Part shown: one piece after another, positions 24,267-36,099 of the stretch | Layout: each line of letters begins with the position of its first letter | Numbering within the stretch: the stretch's first letter is position 1 | Assembly (NCBI RefSeq): GCF_004010195.1 | Contig: NC_057749.1 | Span: 9,373,492-9,437,491 of the forward strand | From: Chiloscyllium plagiosum | Lineage: Eukaryota | Direction of reading: 5' to 3' | DNA length: 64,000 nucleotides | Notes under the pieces: generated by a model | What the model was told of the DNA's origin: nothing | Databases searched by the model: none | Seen by the model: only the letters and a program-made list of their open reading frames with translations | Program-made: the position numbers and the translations under genes

Positions 24267-25030
24267 TGAAAGTTATTATTGATCAGAAACTCAACTGGAG
24301 TCACCACATAAACATATTGGCTACAAGAGCAGGTCAGAGGACCAGAATTGCATGCAATATTCCAACAGTGGCCTAACCAATGTCCTGAAAGTTATTATTG
24401 ATCAGAAACTCAACTGGAGTCACCACATAAACATATTGGCTACAAGAGCAGGTCAGAGGCTAGGAATATTTCAGTGAATAGCACACTCCTGACTCTCCAA
24501 AGCCTGTTCACCATCCACAAGTCCCAAGTCAGGAGTGTGATGAAATGCTCCTCACTTCCCTGGATGAGTGCAGCTCCAAAAACACTCAAGAAGCTTAACA
24601 CCATCCAGAACAAAGCAGCCCACTTGATTGGCACGACATCCATAAACATCCACTCCCTCCACCACCGATGCTCAGTAACAGCAGTGTGCACCATTGACAA
24701 GCTGCACGGCAGAAATTCACTGAAGATCCTCAGACAGCACCTTCCAAACGCATGACCACTTCCGTCTAGAAGGATAAAGGCAGTAGATATATGGGAACAT
24801 CACTACCTTCAAGTCCCCACTCCAAGCCACTCACTGTCCTGACTTGGAAATATATCAGCATTCCTTCACTGTGGCTGGGTCAAAATCCTGAAATTCCCTT
24901 TCGAAAGGCATTTTGGGTCAACCCAGACCAGGTGGACTGCTGCGGTTCAAGAAGGCAGTTCTCAAGGGCAACAAGGGACGGGGAATAAATGCTGGCCCAG
25001 CCAGTGATGCCCACATCCCACAGAATAAAT
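24266..25030 (+). mobile_element. CR1/L2-group LINE 3' fragment (second family)
   Basis: IDQKLNWSHHINILATRAGQR...LFTIHKSQVRSVMKCSSLPW...LNTIQNKAAHLIG RT C-terminus plus 3' UTR. Confidence 0.85.
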
Positions 25031-25689
25031 ACATTTTTAAAACTGTTGCCAATAGATCTGAAAACCCCAATTTAAAAGCTTAAATGTTCAGTGCAGTAAA
25101 ACAACTGCGTCATCCTCCCTCAGTTTGCTCAGTCTTTGAATTCTTCACAAGACAATGAGGTTCTTTCCTTCAATGTTACATTGTGTGGCAATTTTATTGT
25201 TTTCAATGACAAAAGATAAAGAAGATTTATGGGCATACGAAATGCCCAAACATTGTTCATCTACATATATTATCTGGCTACTGTCTCAGGGGCTTTTCCA
25301 TAAATGTCCCTGAAAGTTTACCTGCTGATTATGAGATATGGTTACTGGCTCAGAATATCCTAAGTTCCTGATATACTGCTTGGTGCATTGCCAATCAGAT
25401 ACCGCCTTCAACAATAACTAGTAACAGACATATATCTCTATTATTGATTGTGACCAGTTTCACCATAATATGCCAGTCTTGACAATAATGAATTCATTTC
25501 AAAAATGCTTTAGTTCAGAAAAATGACCCAAAACATGTCGGAGGCCTAATCAAACTAAAAACACATGACAAGCCAAGAAAGGGATTAAAAGGGAGGCAGG
25601 AATGTGAAGATAAAGGCCAAAGGCAGATCTGCCACAATCTTATTGAATACAGCATCAGGCACGAAGGTCTGAATGGCTTACTCCTCCTC

Positions 25690-26330
25690 TTAATTTAAAT
25701 ATTCACAGGAGCTGTTGGCTTGGTCAAGAGGCCAGTTTTAAGAAAAATCTTAAAGGAGGTTTGAGAAAGAAATCTGAGAGCATAGGCTGAAGGCATAGTT
25801 GCCAAAGCTAAAATAAGATGAGGGACTGCAAAGAGCAGAACACAAAGAAATGTTTGGAGGAATATGGGCCAAATGCAGGCAGGTGGGACCAGTTTATTTG
25901 GGATTATGGACTGGTGGGACTGGAGAGTCTGTTTCCGTGCAATATGACGGTATGACTCTCTGACAAGAGCTGCACAAGAGCAGAGAGTGAGAGAGCAGAG
26001 ATCTGGTAGGATTGAGGGGCTGGAGGAAGTTACAGTAATTCAGAGGGGAAAGGGCATGAAAGCAGGTAAGTGGAAGGATGGGAGGTGCAGGAAGACTGGG
26101 GCCAGTCCAGGTTAGGGTAGGCAAGGGAGATTAGTGAATAGGACTTGGTGTGGGTTTATATACAAAAGCAGATTTTTGGATGAATTCAAGTTTATGGAGA
26201 ATGGGAGGCTTGGCCAGAATAGCACTGAAATAATTAGGTCTGACAATGAAATGGGCTGAAGACTGGTGAAAGTAGGTGATGTCATATTGAGCTGGATGTT
26301 GGAGGCCAATGTGATGGAGAGAATGTGACA
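25690..26330 (-). mobile_element. Old L2 LINE remnant
   Basis: RPNYFSAILAK..ILHKLEFIQKSA resembles the L2 motif SRLDYCNALL..L.KLQ.IQNSAA; a short CR1 tail is embedded at 25860-25960. Confidence 0.55.
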
Positions 26331-27870
26331 ACCATTTGTGGCCCCTAATATTCTCTAACTTGATTACAATTATATTTGACTATCCAATTAGACATGTTTA
26401 GGCAAGTTCCTTAAAATGCTTTCCATCAACAAAATCTTCTTGTGTCTTTTAGCCTCCAGTCTCTTACTCATTCACAAATGATCTCAAGGCAATCTTGCTC
26501 TGCTTGTTGCATCTCTCTGGCCCTTCTCCCTTATTTCTTCTGAAATGCAGAAAGATCTCCATGATCTTCTTTCTGTCTGAATACTATCACTAGTCAAATG
26601 AGTACTACATGGATTCCTATAGCAGTTCCTTCACAGGACTGGAAAACAATAACAATCTGCATTTATGCAGCACATTTAACACCGTAAAAAAGATAGTAAA
26701 ATACATCACAGAGTGTTGCCAAGTAATATTTGACACCAGGCTATTCGAGGACAGGTGAAAGGTAAGTTTTGAGGAGCAAATCTCAAGAAGGAGATTGAGT
26801 CAAAGGAGGATTAGAGAATGAATTCTGGAGTATAGGGTTAGGTGGATGAAGGCATAGCTGGCAGTGGTAGAGTGATTAAAATCATGAAACCAGATTTGCA
26901 GGAACTGTCAAATTCTTTGCCTCATATGAGCCTCTCTTCCATCAGCTAGCCACAGGTCTTTATAATTCAAGCTTGGTGTCATCTAGCAGTTATTATTTGA
27001 GTTACCTTTCCTTTCCACCATTCTGTTCAAACTGAGTGTTGTCTTGCTGTTCATTGTGCATGCTGTCGACAAATTTAAAATGATCTACAGAACATACAAC
27101 ATTAGCAAAAAACAAGTAAAAGCATGTCTGAAACTTTCCAGTACTGCAAGGGAAATGAAAACTAAAATTGGATGCATGTGCAATGGCTATTCTATAGTTT
27201 GAAGCAATGAAGGTGAAATTGGATGATGGTTACAAAACTATTATTACTTCACCTGTCCAAACTTGGGTTTGAATTCAATCCAGGGTTATATAATGAGCGT
27301 CAATGCTCTCTATCACAGATTAAGCTTTCAAATGAAAAGACCTTTGATCATTCATGATATAAATTGCTCTGGGTATCAACCTACAGGGTTTCCTTTCACC
27401 ATTTTTAAATTGTAATTTGTTTCCCTTTAACCATGGTCAATATTCATGCATAACAAATAGGATGTTTATGAGATTATTTCAGGACTGTGTACATAACTTT
27501 GGATAAATTGGAGAAATGAAGAGATAATGTGACCTGTTCTAAATTCTGAGTGACTTGGCTGCTAAAGGTTAAGAGGAGGATTCAGCTTGGTCTCCTGGTA
27601 AGAAGTGTAACACATTCATATCTGTAAGCAATGATCAGAGGGGCTGTGTTGACAGTACATAAACTGATAGTCTCTGAGTTCCATATTAGGAATTTCAGAT
27701 TTTGCCAACAGTTATACTTTAAACAATGTTTTTAATTCCATGAAAGAATGCAGTTGAGGTATCCACTGGGTGGTTAATTAGCTGTTTTACCTGGATACAA
27801 AGCCCCTGTAATTCATGTTGCTATGTTTTTGGGGCTTTGAGAAAGGATACTCCAAAGGAAACCATTGCTG

Positions 27871-27967
27871 AAAGAAAACCAGAAATTGCTGGAGAAATTC
27901 AACAAGTCTGGCAGCTTCTGTGGGGGGAAAAGAGAGTCAATATATTGTGTCCAGTGACCTTTCTTGA
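27871..27967 (-). mobile_element. Family B unit, degenerate
   Basis: Family B body; TSD gaaaccattg(c/t)tg at 27858-27870 and 27968-27980. Confidence 0.7.
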
Positions 27968-28824
27968 GAAACCATTGTTGGATTGGGTTCCTAAAATAGA
28001 CTGAACCTTATAGACAGGCAGAGTTGGTTGAAAGAATGACAGAGGAGAGACGATAGAGATAGAGGCAGTTTCAATTGGTCATTTTGCATAATGCACTTAG
28101 GAGCTCATATTGACCAAGTTGCTGTGGTCTAAAGGAAGCTAGAGATTTTTTGAGACTTGACCCGGGGGAGCGGGGGGAGGGGTGAGTGGGGTGGGGGGGT
28201 GCGGGGGGGAGAGAGAGCTCTACAAGGTAACCCACAATATGAAAGTTGATTCTGGGAAGAGAGGTTATATGGCTGGAAAAAGGAGCTAAGAATCAACTGG
28301 GAGCAGTTCCTGGTAGAAGAAATGTACAAGTAGGAGCTAAAATATAACCACAGAAGGAGATTTTGGTCATTTTTAAAGGGAAACTATTTTCTGTAGTTTG
28401 AAATTTCCTCCCGAAATACTGTTTAGTCAATGTAGCTTTTACTTCAGTTGTTACAGTAAAAGTCTGAAAAAAAATCTGAATCTCATGATTTGATCATTTC
28501 ATTGTACACTAGGAACTTAAATTTCATTTGAAGAATTACCTGTGTCAAAAGAGATTGTACCCCATATCTCCAAATAGTAGCCACAATCCGTCCTCAGTCT
28601 GAAAGTTGTGGGATCAAGTCATACTCCAGAGAGCAAACAAAATTGGGGGAAACTCCAGCGAGGTATCAGGGATGGATACATTGTGGACAGTATCACCTTT
28701 TAAATTGTATGTTAAACCAAGACTCTTGTGTATAAACAATCTCAGAGTATTATTATGAAGTAGAGCAGTGGAATTAACCCTTGTGACCACACTAATACTT
28801 TTCCCTCAGTCAATATCACATTGA

Positions 28825-29425
28825 CAGTCAGGATGTCACGTCACAACTTTATAAGACTTTGGTTAGGCCATATTTGAGTATTATGTTCAGTTCTGGTAGC
28901 CACATTACAGGAAGTATGTGGAAGCTTTGGAGAGGGTGCAGAAGAGGTTAACCAGAATGCTGCCTGGATTAGAGGGTATGAGCTATAAGGGAAGGCTAGG
29001 AAAACTGGCTTGAGTGGCAGAGGCTGAGAGGAGACTTGAAAGAAATCTACAAAATTATGAGATGCATTCATAGGATTGATGGTCAGAATCTCTTTTCCCA
29101 GAGTTGAAACATCTAAAATGAGGGAACATGCATTTAAGAGGAAGGGGGGAAAGTTCAAAGGAGATGTGAGGGGCAGGTTTTTTACACAGAGAGCAGTAGG
29201 AGTCTGGACTGTGCTGCCAGGGGTGGCACTGGAGGCAGATATTATAGAGGCGGTTAAGGGATTTTAGGTAAGCACATAAATATGTAAGGAGTGGTGGGAT
29301 ATGGACCAAGGGCAGGCAGAAGAGATTAATTTAATTTGGTATCATGTTCAGCACAACATTGTGGGCTGAAGGGCCCACTCCTATTCTCTGTAGTTCAATG
29401 TTCTGTGTTCTATGTTCTATGTTCT
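28825..29425 (+). mobile_element. CR1 LINE 3' fragment
   Basis: RT C-terminal remnant and (ttctatg)n tail. Confidence 0.9.
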
Positions 29426-29465
29426 AATATCTGGTCCTGAACACATTGCGTTTTGTAAGCTCTTA

Positions 29466-30190
29466 TAGAACATAGAACATTACAGCGCAGTACAGGTCCT
29501 TTGGCCCTCGATGTTGCACCAACCTGTGGAACCAACCTGAAGCCCACCTAATGTACACTATTCCATTTTCATCCATGTGTTTATCCAATGACCATTTAAA
29601 TGCCCTTAAAGTTGGTGAGTCTACTACGGTTGCAGGCAGTGCGTTCCACACCCCTACTACTCTCTGACTAAAGAAACTACCTCTGACATCTGTCTTATAT
29701 CTATCACCCCTCAATTTAAACCTATGTCCCCTCGTGCTAGCCATCACCACCCGAGGAAAATGGCTCTCACTGTCCACCCTTCCCAAACTGCTGATTATCT
29801 TGTATGTCTCAATTAAGTCACCTCTGAACCCTCTTCTCTCCAACAAAAAACTGCCTTAACTCCCTCAGTCTTTCCTCAAAAGACCTTCCCTCCATACCAG
29901 GCAACATCCTACTAAATTTCCTCTGATCCCTTTCCAAAGCTTCCACATCCTTCCTATAATGTGGTGACTGAAATTGTACACAATACACCAAGTGCAGCCG
30001 CACAGAGTTTTGTACAGCTGCAACGAAACTCATTCCCTGTACCAATAAAAGCTAACACACCGTATGCCTTCTTAACAACCCTATCAACCTGGGTGGTAAC
30101 TTTCCGTGATCTATGTACATGGAGACCAAGATCTCTCTGTTCATCTAGACTACCAACAATCTTACCATTAGCCCAGTACTCTTTATCTCT
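29466..30190 (-). mobile_element. CR1 LINE 3' fragment (same subfamily as 17344-18361)
   Basis: LERRGFRGDLIETYKI...FFSQRVVGVWNALP; high similarity to the 17.3-18.1 kb copy. Confidence 0.93.
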
Positions 30191-31427
30191 CTTTCTTTGT
30201 GTAAATTTAGTGCCGCATTGCCGAATTACAAAAATAACTTTAAAAGTAATTAATCGACACAAATATATTTGGAACATCCTTGGCTCACAAACAACAACAC
30301 TTAAATACAAGGTTTTCTTCCTTGCCTCCACCAGAACCATCAAAAAATATTATCCTCCCACTTATCTCATTTACAATGTCTGAGATCTGCTGTATGGAGT
30401 GTTGGAATATACCTGTCTACCAACAGCTAGGAGAAAGATTTGCGCTCATGGAATGTCTTACAATGCTAGCCTGTTACAAAGTGTTTTGTCATGACTTAAG
30501 TCTTTTTTTATGTATGTGTACTTTCTTCTGGAATGACAGCAAGCAATCGTCAAATTCCATAAATTGAGGTTCCATAAACAGAAATTTTAAAAAAATGACA
30601 AGACAGTCTGTTTTAAGTGTTGACAAAGAGAATGTGAGATCTCCACAACTCCTCTTTGAACAGTGCTATATTGGTGCTTTGCTACTGGTGCTTTTCCAGC
30701 CACCTGAGAGGAAAGAGGGAGTCCTCTATTTAATGTCTAATCCAAATTTCCTCAGTACAGTGATGGAGATTCAGCTTATGTATGTGTTCAATATATATTT
30801 TATGTCTAGGTACATAGGTAGTATTCCTGTTAGGACATTAATTCATAATCAATAAATTACTTTTTAAGCGCAGCAGCGTCAGCGGAAAGAACCAAAGAGA
30901 AGAAAGGGAGAAAGACAGAGAGAGAAAAGAAATAGAGGCAGTAAGTCTCAATTGGTCATTATATAAAATGCAGGTGGGAGTTCATATGAGGATTGATGTG
31001 ACCAAGTGGCCTGGGTTTAAATACAGTAGTGGTGCTGTACAGAGCAAATCTGACAGCAAAGAATGCAGCTTGATGGACAGCTGTCACCATTTTGAAGGGT
31101 TGGTAGCAAATCCCTCCCAGTTATTAATGTCAAAGTTGACAAGTTTCAAGGAGAGCCTAAGCGTGCCTTTGTGAAGTTTTGCTGTGCCCGACCTGTAATG
31201 CTGGCCATTTGAAAGTGGAGGAAAAGGACCTGGCTGGAGTCATGTTTCTCAGCCATATGGGCACAGTATCAAGGCCACAAGCTGAACCCCAGTCTCGTTG
31301 ATGCTCTCTCCCCAACCCCCTTTCTCTGATAGGTCTCCTCCCCACGCCCTCTACCGCTCAGTTTTCCCCAAGTGGGTCACAACAATTTTCTAAATTTGAA
31401 ATGGGGTCACCGAGGGGAAAGGCTTGG

Positions 31428-31786
31428 AATGTTGCCAGGGTTGGAGGATTTGAGCTACAGGGAGAGGCTGAACAGGCTGGAGCTGTTTTCCCTGGAGCGT
31501 TGGAGGCTGAGGGGTGACCTTATGGAGGTTTACAAAATTATGAGGGGTTTGGACAGGGTAAATAGGCAAAGTCTATTCCCTGGGATTGGGGAGTCCAGAA
31601 CTAGAGGGCATAGGTTTAGAGTGAGAGGGGAAAGATACAAAAGAGCCCTATGGGGCAACTTTTCACACAGAGGGTGGTACAAATGTGGAATGAGCTGCCA
31701 GAGGAAGTGCTGGCAGGTGGGACTAGGTTGGGTTGGGATATCTGGTTAGCATGAAGTTTCCATACTGTACATCTCTATGACTCTAT
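31428..31786 (+). mobile_element. CR1 LINE 3' fragment
   Basis: MLPGLEDLSYRERLNRLELFSLERWRLRGDLMEVYKIM; internal deletion near the tail. Confidence 0.92.
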
Positions 31787-32147
31787 AAGACAAATGAAGA
31801 TAGGGAGAAATTGTATTCATTGGCAGAAGGGTTGAGAACCAGAGGACGCCCATTTAAGGTGATTGGCAAAAATGCCATGGCGAAATTAGAGAAGAGAGCT
31901 ATTCACAAAAATGCAACAAGAGGTTAGGATGTAGAACACACTGTCTGTGTGTGTGGTGGAGGCAGACTCAGCTCAAGCTTTCAAAAGGAAATTGGATAAG
32001 CTCATGAGGGCATAAGAAACATTCAGGATGACGAGAAAGAGTAAGGTTGCCCAAGTTGGTCTTGCAGATAGACACACAAATGGACCAAATATATTATAAC
32101 CATTCTCTGGAGTTGTGGTCCTGTTCGCCGAGCTGGGAATTTGTGTT

Positions 32148-32186
32148 GCAGACGTTTCGTCCCCTGTCCAGGTAACATCCTCAGTG
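32148..32186 (-). ncRNA. Minimal hammerhead ribozyme, family D, intact core
   Basis: Minus strand: ca-CUGAGGA-U-GUUACCU ggac AGGGGAC-GAAA-CG-UC-ugc. Confidence 0.75.
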
Positions 32187-32497
32187 ATTAGATTAGATTA
32201 GATTACAGTGTGGGAACAGGCCCTTCGGCCCAACAAGTCCACACCGACCCGCCGAAGCGAAACCCACCCATACCCCTACATTTACCCCTTACTTAACACT
32301 ACAGGCAATTTAGTATGGCCAATTCACCTGACCCTGCACATCTTTGGATGGTGGGAGGAAACCGGAGCACCTGGAGGAAACCCACGCAGACACGGGGAGA
32401 ACGTGCAAACTCCACACAGTCAGTCACCTGAGGTGGGAATTGAACCCGGGTCTCTGGCGCTGTGAGGCAGCAGTGCTAACCACGGTGCCACCGTGCT
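32187..32497 (-). mobile_element. HE1-type SINE
   Basis: Reverse complement of the 12537 family with an (attag)n tail. Confidence 0.92.
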
Positions 32498-32789
32498 GCT
32501 TCTGTGATCTTTCCTCTGCCATTTGTAGCACTTAAGCACATCGACCTGGACCCAATATACCCGACCATTGCAACGGACAGCTGGAACTGACAACCGGAAG
32601 CGGCAGATTCAAACCACTACAAATGCCAGAGGAAAGATCACAGAAGCGCTTCACAGGAGGCTCCCAAGCTCTGAGGATGTCACCTAGACAGGGGACGAAA
32701 TGTCTGCAACACAAATTCCCAGCTCGGCGAACAGGACCACAACAACGAGCACCCGAGCTACAAATCTTCTCACAAACTTTGAACATTCT

Positions 32790-33225
32790 CTGCAGTGCCT
32801 GGAGGGGACCATCAGCTTGGTGAAAGATGCTCTTTCGTCTGCCTGAAACGTGATGGTCTTCCAGGAATGGACTTCGACAGAATGTTGCAGACTGGCATAT
32901 TCCAAGGTCCAGGGCTACATGCTGAGGGACATACTAAAGCTTGGGGCAGCTGCCACCAAAGCACAGTGGGGAAACACCAATGTCTGAGGTCTTGCTGCCG
33001 AAATTGAATGGGGGTCTATTCAGTTCTTGGACACCCCCTCCACCCCACGTCAAATATATGTAAATACAGTCTTGTACAAGTAAGAAATGCATTGGGTTTG
33101 TTGTTAGATAGAATCAAACTCCAATACTTGTTTGTTTCTTCACATGCTACTGTACAAAACCGAATTGCTTTAGTGACTATGTATGTGAAGATATTTTAAT
33201 GAATAAATTAGATTTTGAATTTTTT
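32790..33225 (+). mobile_element. Tx1/L1-group LINE 3' end
   Basis: AW..TISLVKDAL...ECCRLAYSKVQGYMLRDILKLGAAATKAQWG*, followed by a 3' UTR ending near 'aatgaataaa'. Confidence 0.65.
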
Positions 33226-34171
33226 TTCAAATCCCTGATTTGAAAAATTTGCAATAATCAAGTTGTGGTTGGTCCAGATGTAAACAACAATGAGCACGGG
33301 CAAAGTAAAGATTTAATTTGTCAGCTACTTTCGGGAGTTTGTTACTTGGACTAAAAAAGTCCCTGAAACCTGCCTTTGCGAGGAGAGACTGTGTTATCAT
33401 CAGGTCTCATTGATATGCTCAGTGTAGCGTGATGAAGCCACACACAGACAAACACACCAATTTCATTCACACGCGAAACTCCAGCCTTTGAAAGGCTTGA
33501 TGTGCCTGTTCAGCAACAATGCGGTCAGAGCCAAGTGTGTCAGGTATGTTGTGTCGAAAGGCAATTGGGAGGAACCAGAACATCAAACGCCGCTGGTCCT
33601 CTCTCTCTCTCTGAAGCTTTGGAAGTAAATAAGCTTACGGTAGACCGCAAGTAAACCACGCAAGTATGGGGCCACGCTTCCAAAAACCCAGAAAGTCTTG
33701 ATGACAAAGTCATGTGCAGAGATCCCTCTTTGACTAGCATGACAGAAAATAATTTGCGAAATGCAACTTCTTTACAACCCGCCAGAAGTTGCAATATTAA
33801 AACTACAACACATCTGGCGGGGCTCGCTATCTCAGTTTATAGTTATTGCAGGTGCTAAAAGACCTTTATTGTTGATTGTATCTTGTAACAGTGTTTCCTT
33901 CTTAATTCCAGGCGTGTAATGGAATCGAGAATCTTAAATCTTGGCTTGAGTCCCTGTATTATACATGATTTTATTTTAAAAATGCGATAGCTTAACAATA
34001 GAAAGTTGATTGTGTACTTTCCATAGTTGGTAATTGACAATTGTTGACAAGGTTGTTCTGTAACCTGAACCTCTCCCGTCTCACCAATTACCTCTCAAAG
34101 AGGAGGTAATTTATATGTCAGGGAACCATGATTCGGTGCAAAAGCTTCCTTTTTCCCCCAAAGCTTCTGTA

Positions 34172-34535
34172 GAAACAAGAAAAAAACAAAAGTTGCTGGA
34201 AAAGCACAGCAGATCTGGCAGCATCTGTGCAGAGAAATTAAAGTTAACGCTTCGGGTCCGATGAAGGGCTTTTGCCCGAAACGTCGATTTCGAAGCTCCT
34301 TGGGCGCTGCCTGAACTGCTGTGCTCTTCCAGCACCACTAATCCAGAATCTGGTTTCCAGCATCTGCAGTCATTGTTTTTACCTCGTTTCGGGTCCGGTG
34401 ACCGTTCTAAGGAAGGGTCACCGGACCTGAAACGTTAACTCTGATGTCTCTGCACAGATGCTGCCAGACCTGCTGAGCTTTGTCAGCATTTTTTCCCCTC
34501 TGATTTACAGCATCGGCAGTTCTCTCGGTTTATCT
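34172..34535. mobile_element. Fold-back family B element with a nested family A unit (34261-34384)
   Basis: Family B inverted arms; family A unit inserted with duplication cg(c/t)ttcgggtccg at 34248-34260 and 34385-34397. Confidence 0.88.
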
Positions 34536-35007
34536 TTTCTGTAGGTGCAGCCTTTGACATTTTTAAATAACTTTCAAGGGACAGATCACGTCATTGTAAT
34601 ATGCTGTCAAATTTTGCATTCGAGCAGTTTCTATGAAGTGCCCCTTGGGAATTGTTACTCTTTTAAAGTAAAATGCTGTTGCAGAGCAATATCTGGACCC
34701 AGATAAAACATTTGACTTTTTGTGCCGTCCTTATTGCTGATAAGATAATGTTGTATTGTGCTAAATCAATTTCAAAACACTATAAACAGGAATACTAAAG
34801 AAGTGCAAAGAGCAGATTAGAATCACATTGAAGGAAGCCGCTGAGTGAAGTTCAAGTTAATGATGTGTAAAACTTGCCAAATGGCGTGGTTTTGGTGTGT
34901 TCAGTTAGAATATAATTAAATGACGCAGGGCCTAACCCTGATGAAGCCACCATTTCACCTGCTAGTGTCCTCATTTTTTGAGGGAGAAAGGAAACGTAAA
35001 TGGGAGC

Positions 35008-35312
35008 AGAATCATAGAATCCCTACAGAGTGGAAGCAAGCCATTTTGCCCATCGGGTCCACACTGACCCACCCCCATCCCTGTAACCCTGCATTTTCCA
35101 TGGCTAGTCCACCAACCCTGCATACCCCTGAACACTATGAGCAATTTAGCATGGTCAGTCCATCTACACTGCACATCTTCGGACTGTGGGAGGAAAGCCA
35201 CACCAATATTAGCAGAATGTGCAAACTCCATGCAGTCACCTGAGGGTGGAATCAAACTTTGGTCTCTGGCACTGTGAGGCAGCAGTGCTAACCACTAAGC
35301 CATAGTGCCTCC
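35008..35312 (-). mobile_element. HE1-type SINE, diverged
   Basis: Family similarity in head, central domain and tail. Confidence 0.85.
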
Positions 35313-35321
35313 CAGAAATAG

Positions 35322-35540
35322 TCATGATTTGGAGATGGCAGTGTTGGATTGGGGTGTACAAAGTTAAAAATCACACAACCCCAGACTATAGTCCAACAGG
35401 TTTAATTGGAAGCACTAGCTTTCAGAGAACTGCTCCTTCATCAGGAGGTCAACCACCTGATGAAGGAGCAGTGCTCCAAAAGCTAGTGCTTCCAATTAAA
35501 CCTGTTGGACTATAACCTGGTGTTGTGTGGTTTTTAACTT
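35322..35540. mobile_element. Fold-back mini-element, family C, with a hammerhead on each strand
   Basis: ~85-bp inverted arms. Minus strand reads CUGAUGA-A-GGAG caguu CUCU-GAAA-GC-UA (35413-35447); the plus copy at 35454-35488 has GAAA changed to AAAA. Confidence 0.85.
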
Positions 35541-35687
35541 CTCAGAAGTAGGTGATTCCTCCTGTTAAGCCTGTTCCACCATTCAATGTATCTTGTCATT
35601 GTCAGATTTCTAAATACCAATCTCTAATCATACTCAGTGACTGAGTTTCCACAACAATCCGTGGTAGACAATTGCAAAGTTTCACAA

Positions 35688-35830
35688 ACAAAAACAGAAA
35701 CTGCGAAGAAAAGCTCAGTGGGTTAACGTTAACTCAGCAGCATTTGTGGAGAGAAATCACAGTAAACGTTTCGGGTTCAGTGACCCTTCCTCAGAACTTT
35801 TTCTAGCATCTGCAGTTCTTTTGGTTTTTC
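35688..35830 (-). mobile_element. Family B element with intact hammerhead core
   Basis: Minus 35764-35796: CUGAGGA-A-GGGUc acug aACCC-GAAA-CG-UU. Perfect 13-bp TSD caaagtttcacaa at 35675-35687 and 35831-35843. Confidence 0.85.
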
Positions 35831-35905
35831 CAAAGTTTCACAACTGTCCATGTTAAAAAAAAATATTTTCTTCTCTGTACTAAGTGACCTTCTCCCTGTG
35901 AAATT

Positions 35906-36005
35906 GTTGAGAAGGGTCACTGGACTCGAAAGATTAACCCTGCGTTCTCTCCACAGATGCTGCCAAACCTACAGAATTTCTCCAGCACTTTCCGTTTCTG
36001 TTTCA
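35906..36005 (+). mobile_element. Family B unit, degenerate
   Basis: gaagggtcactggactcgaaagattaa...ccacagatgctgcca. Confidence 0.7.
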
Positions 36006-36099
36006 AATGATGTCCCCTGTTGGCAGGTTGACAAACAAGAGAAAAATCTTAACTGCATCTATTGCTCTCTATCTATTGAAATATTTTGTAGGTTACAAT

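Larger units (their letters stand above)
32113..32783. mobile_element. Fold-back PLE mini-element, family D, interrupted by a SINE
   Basis: Inverted arms with hammerheads at 32148-32186 (-) and 32668-32707 (+); TSD cattctctg at 32101-32109 and 32784-32792. Confidence 0.85.

Noticed and set aside
31165..31425. Possible hAT-type transposon end ('gggtcac...ggggtcac')
   Set aside because: No matching second terminal inverted repeat or 8-bp TSD could be found.
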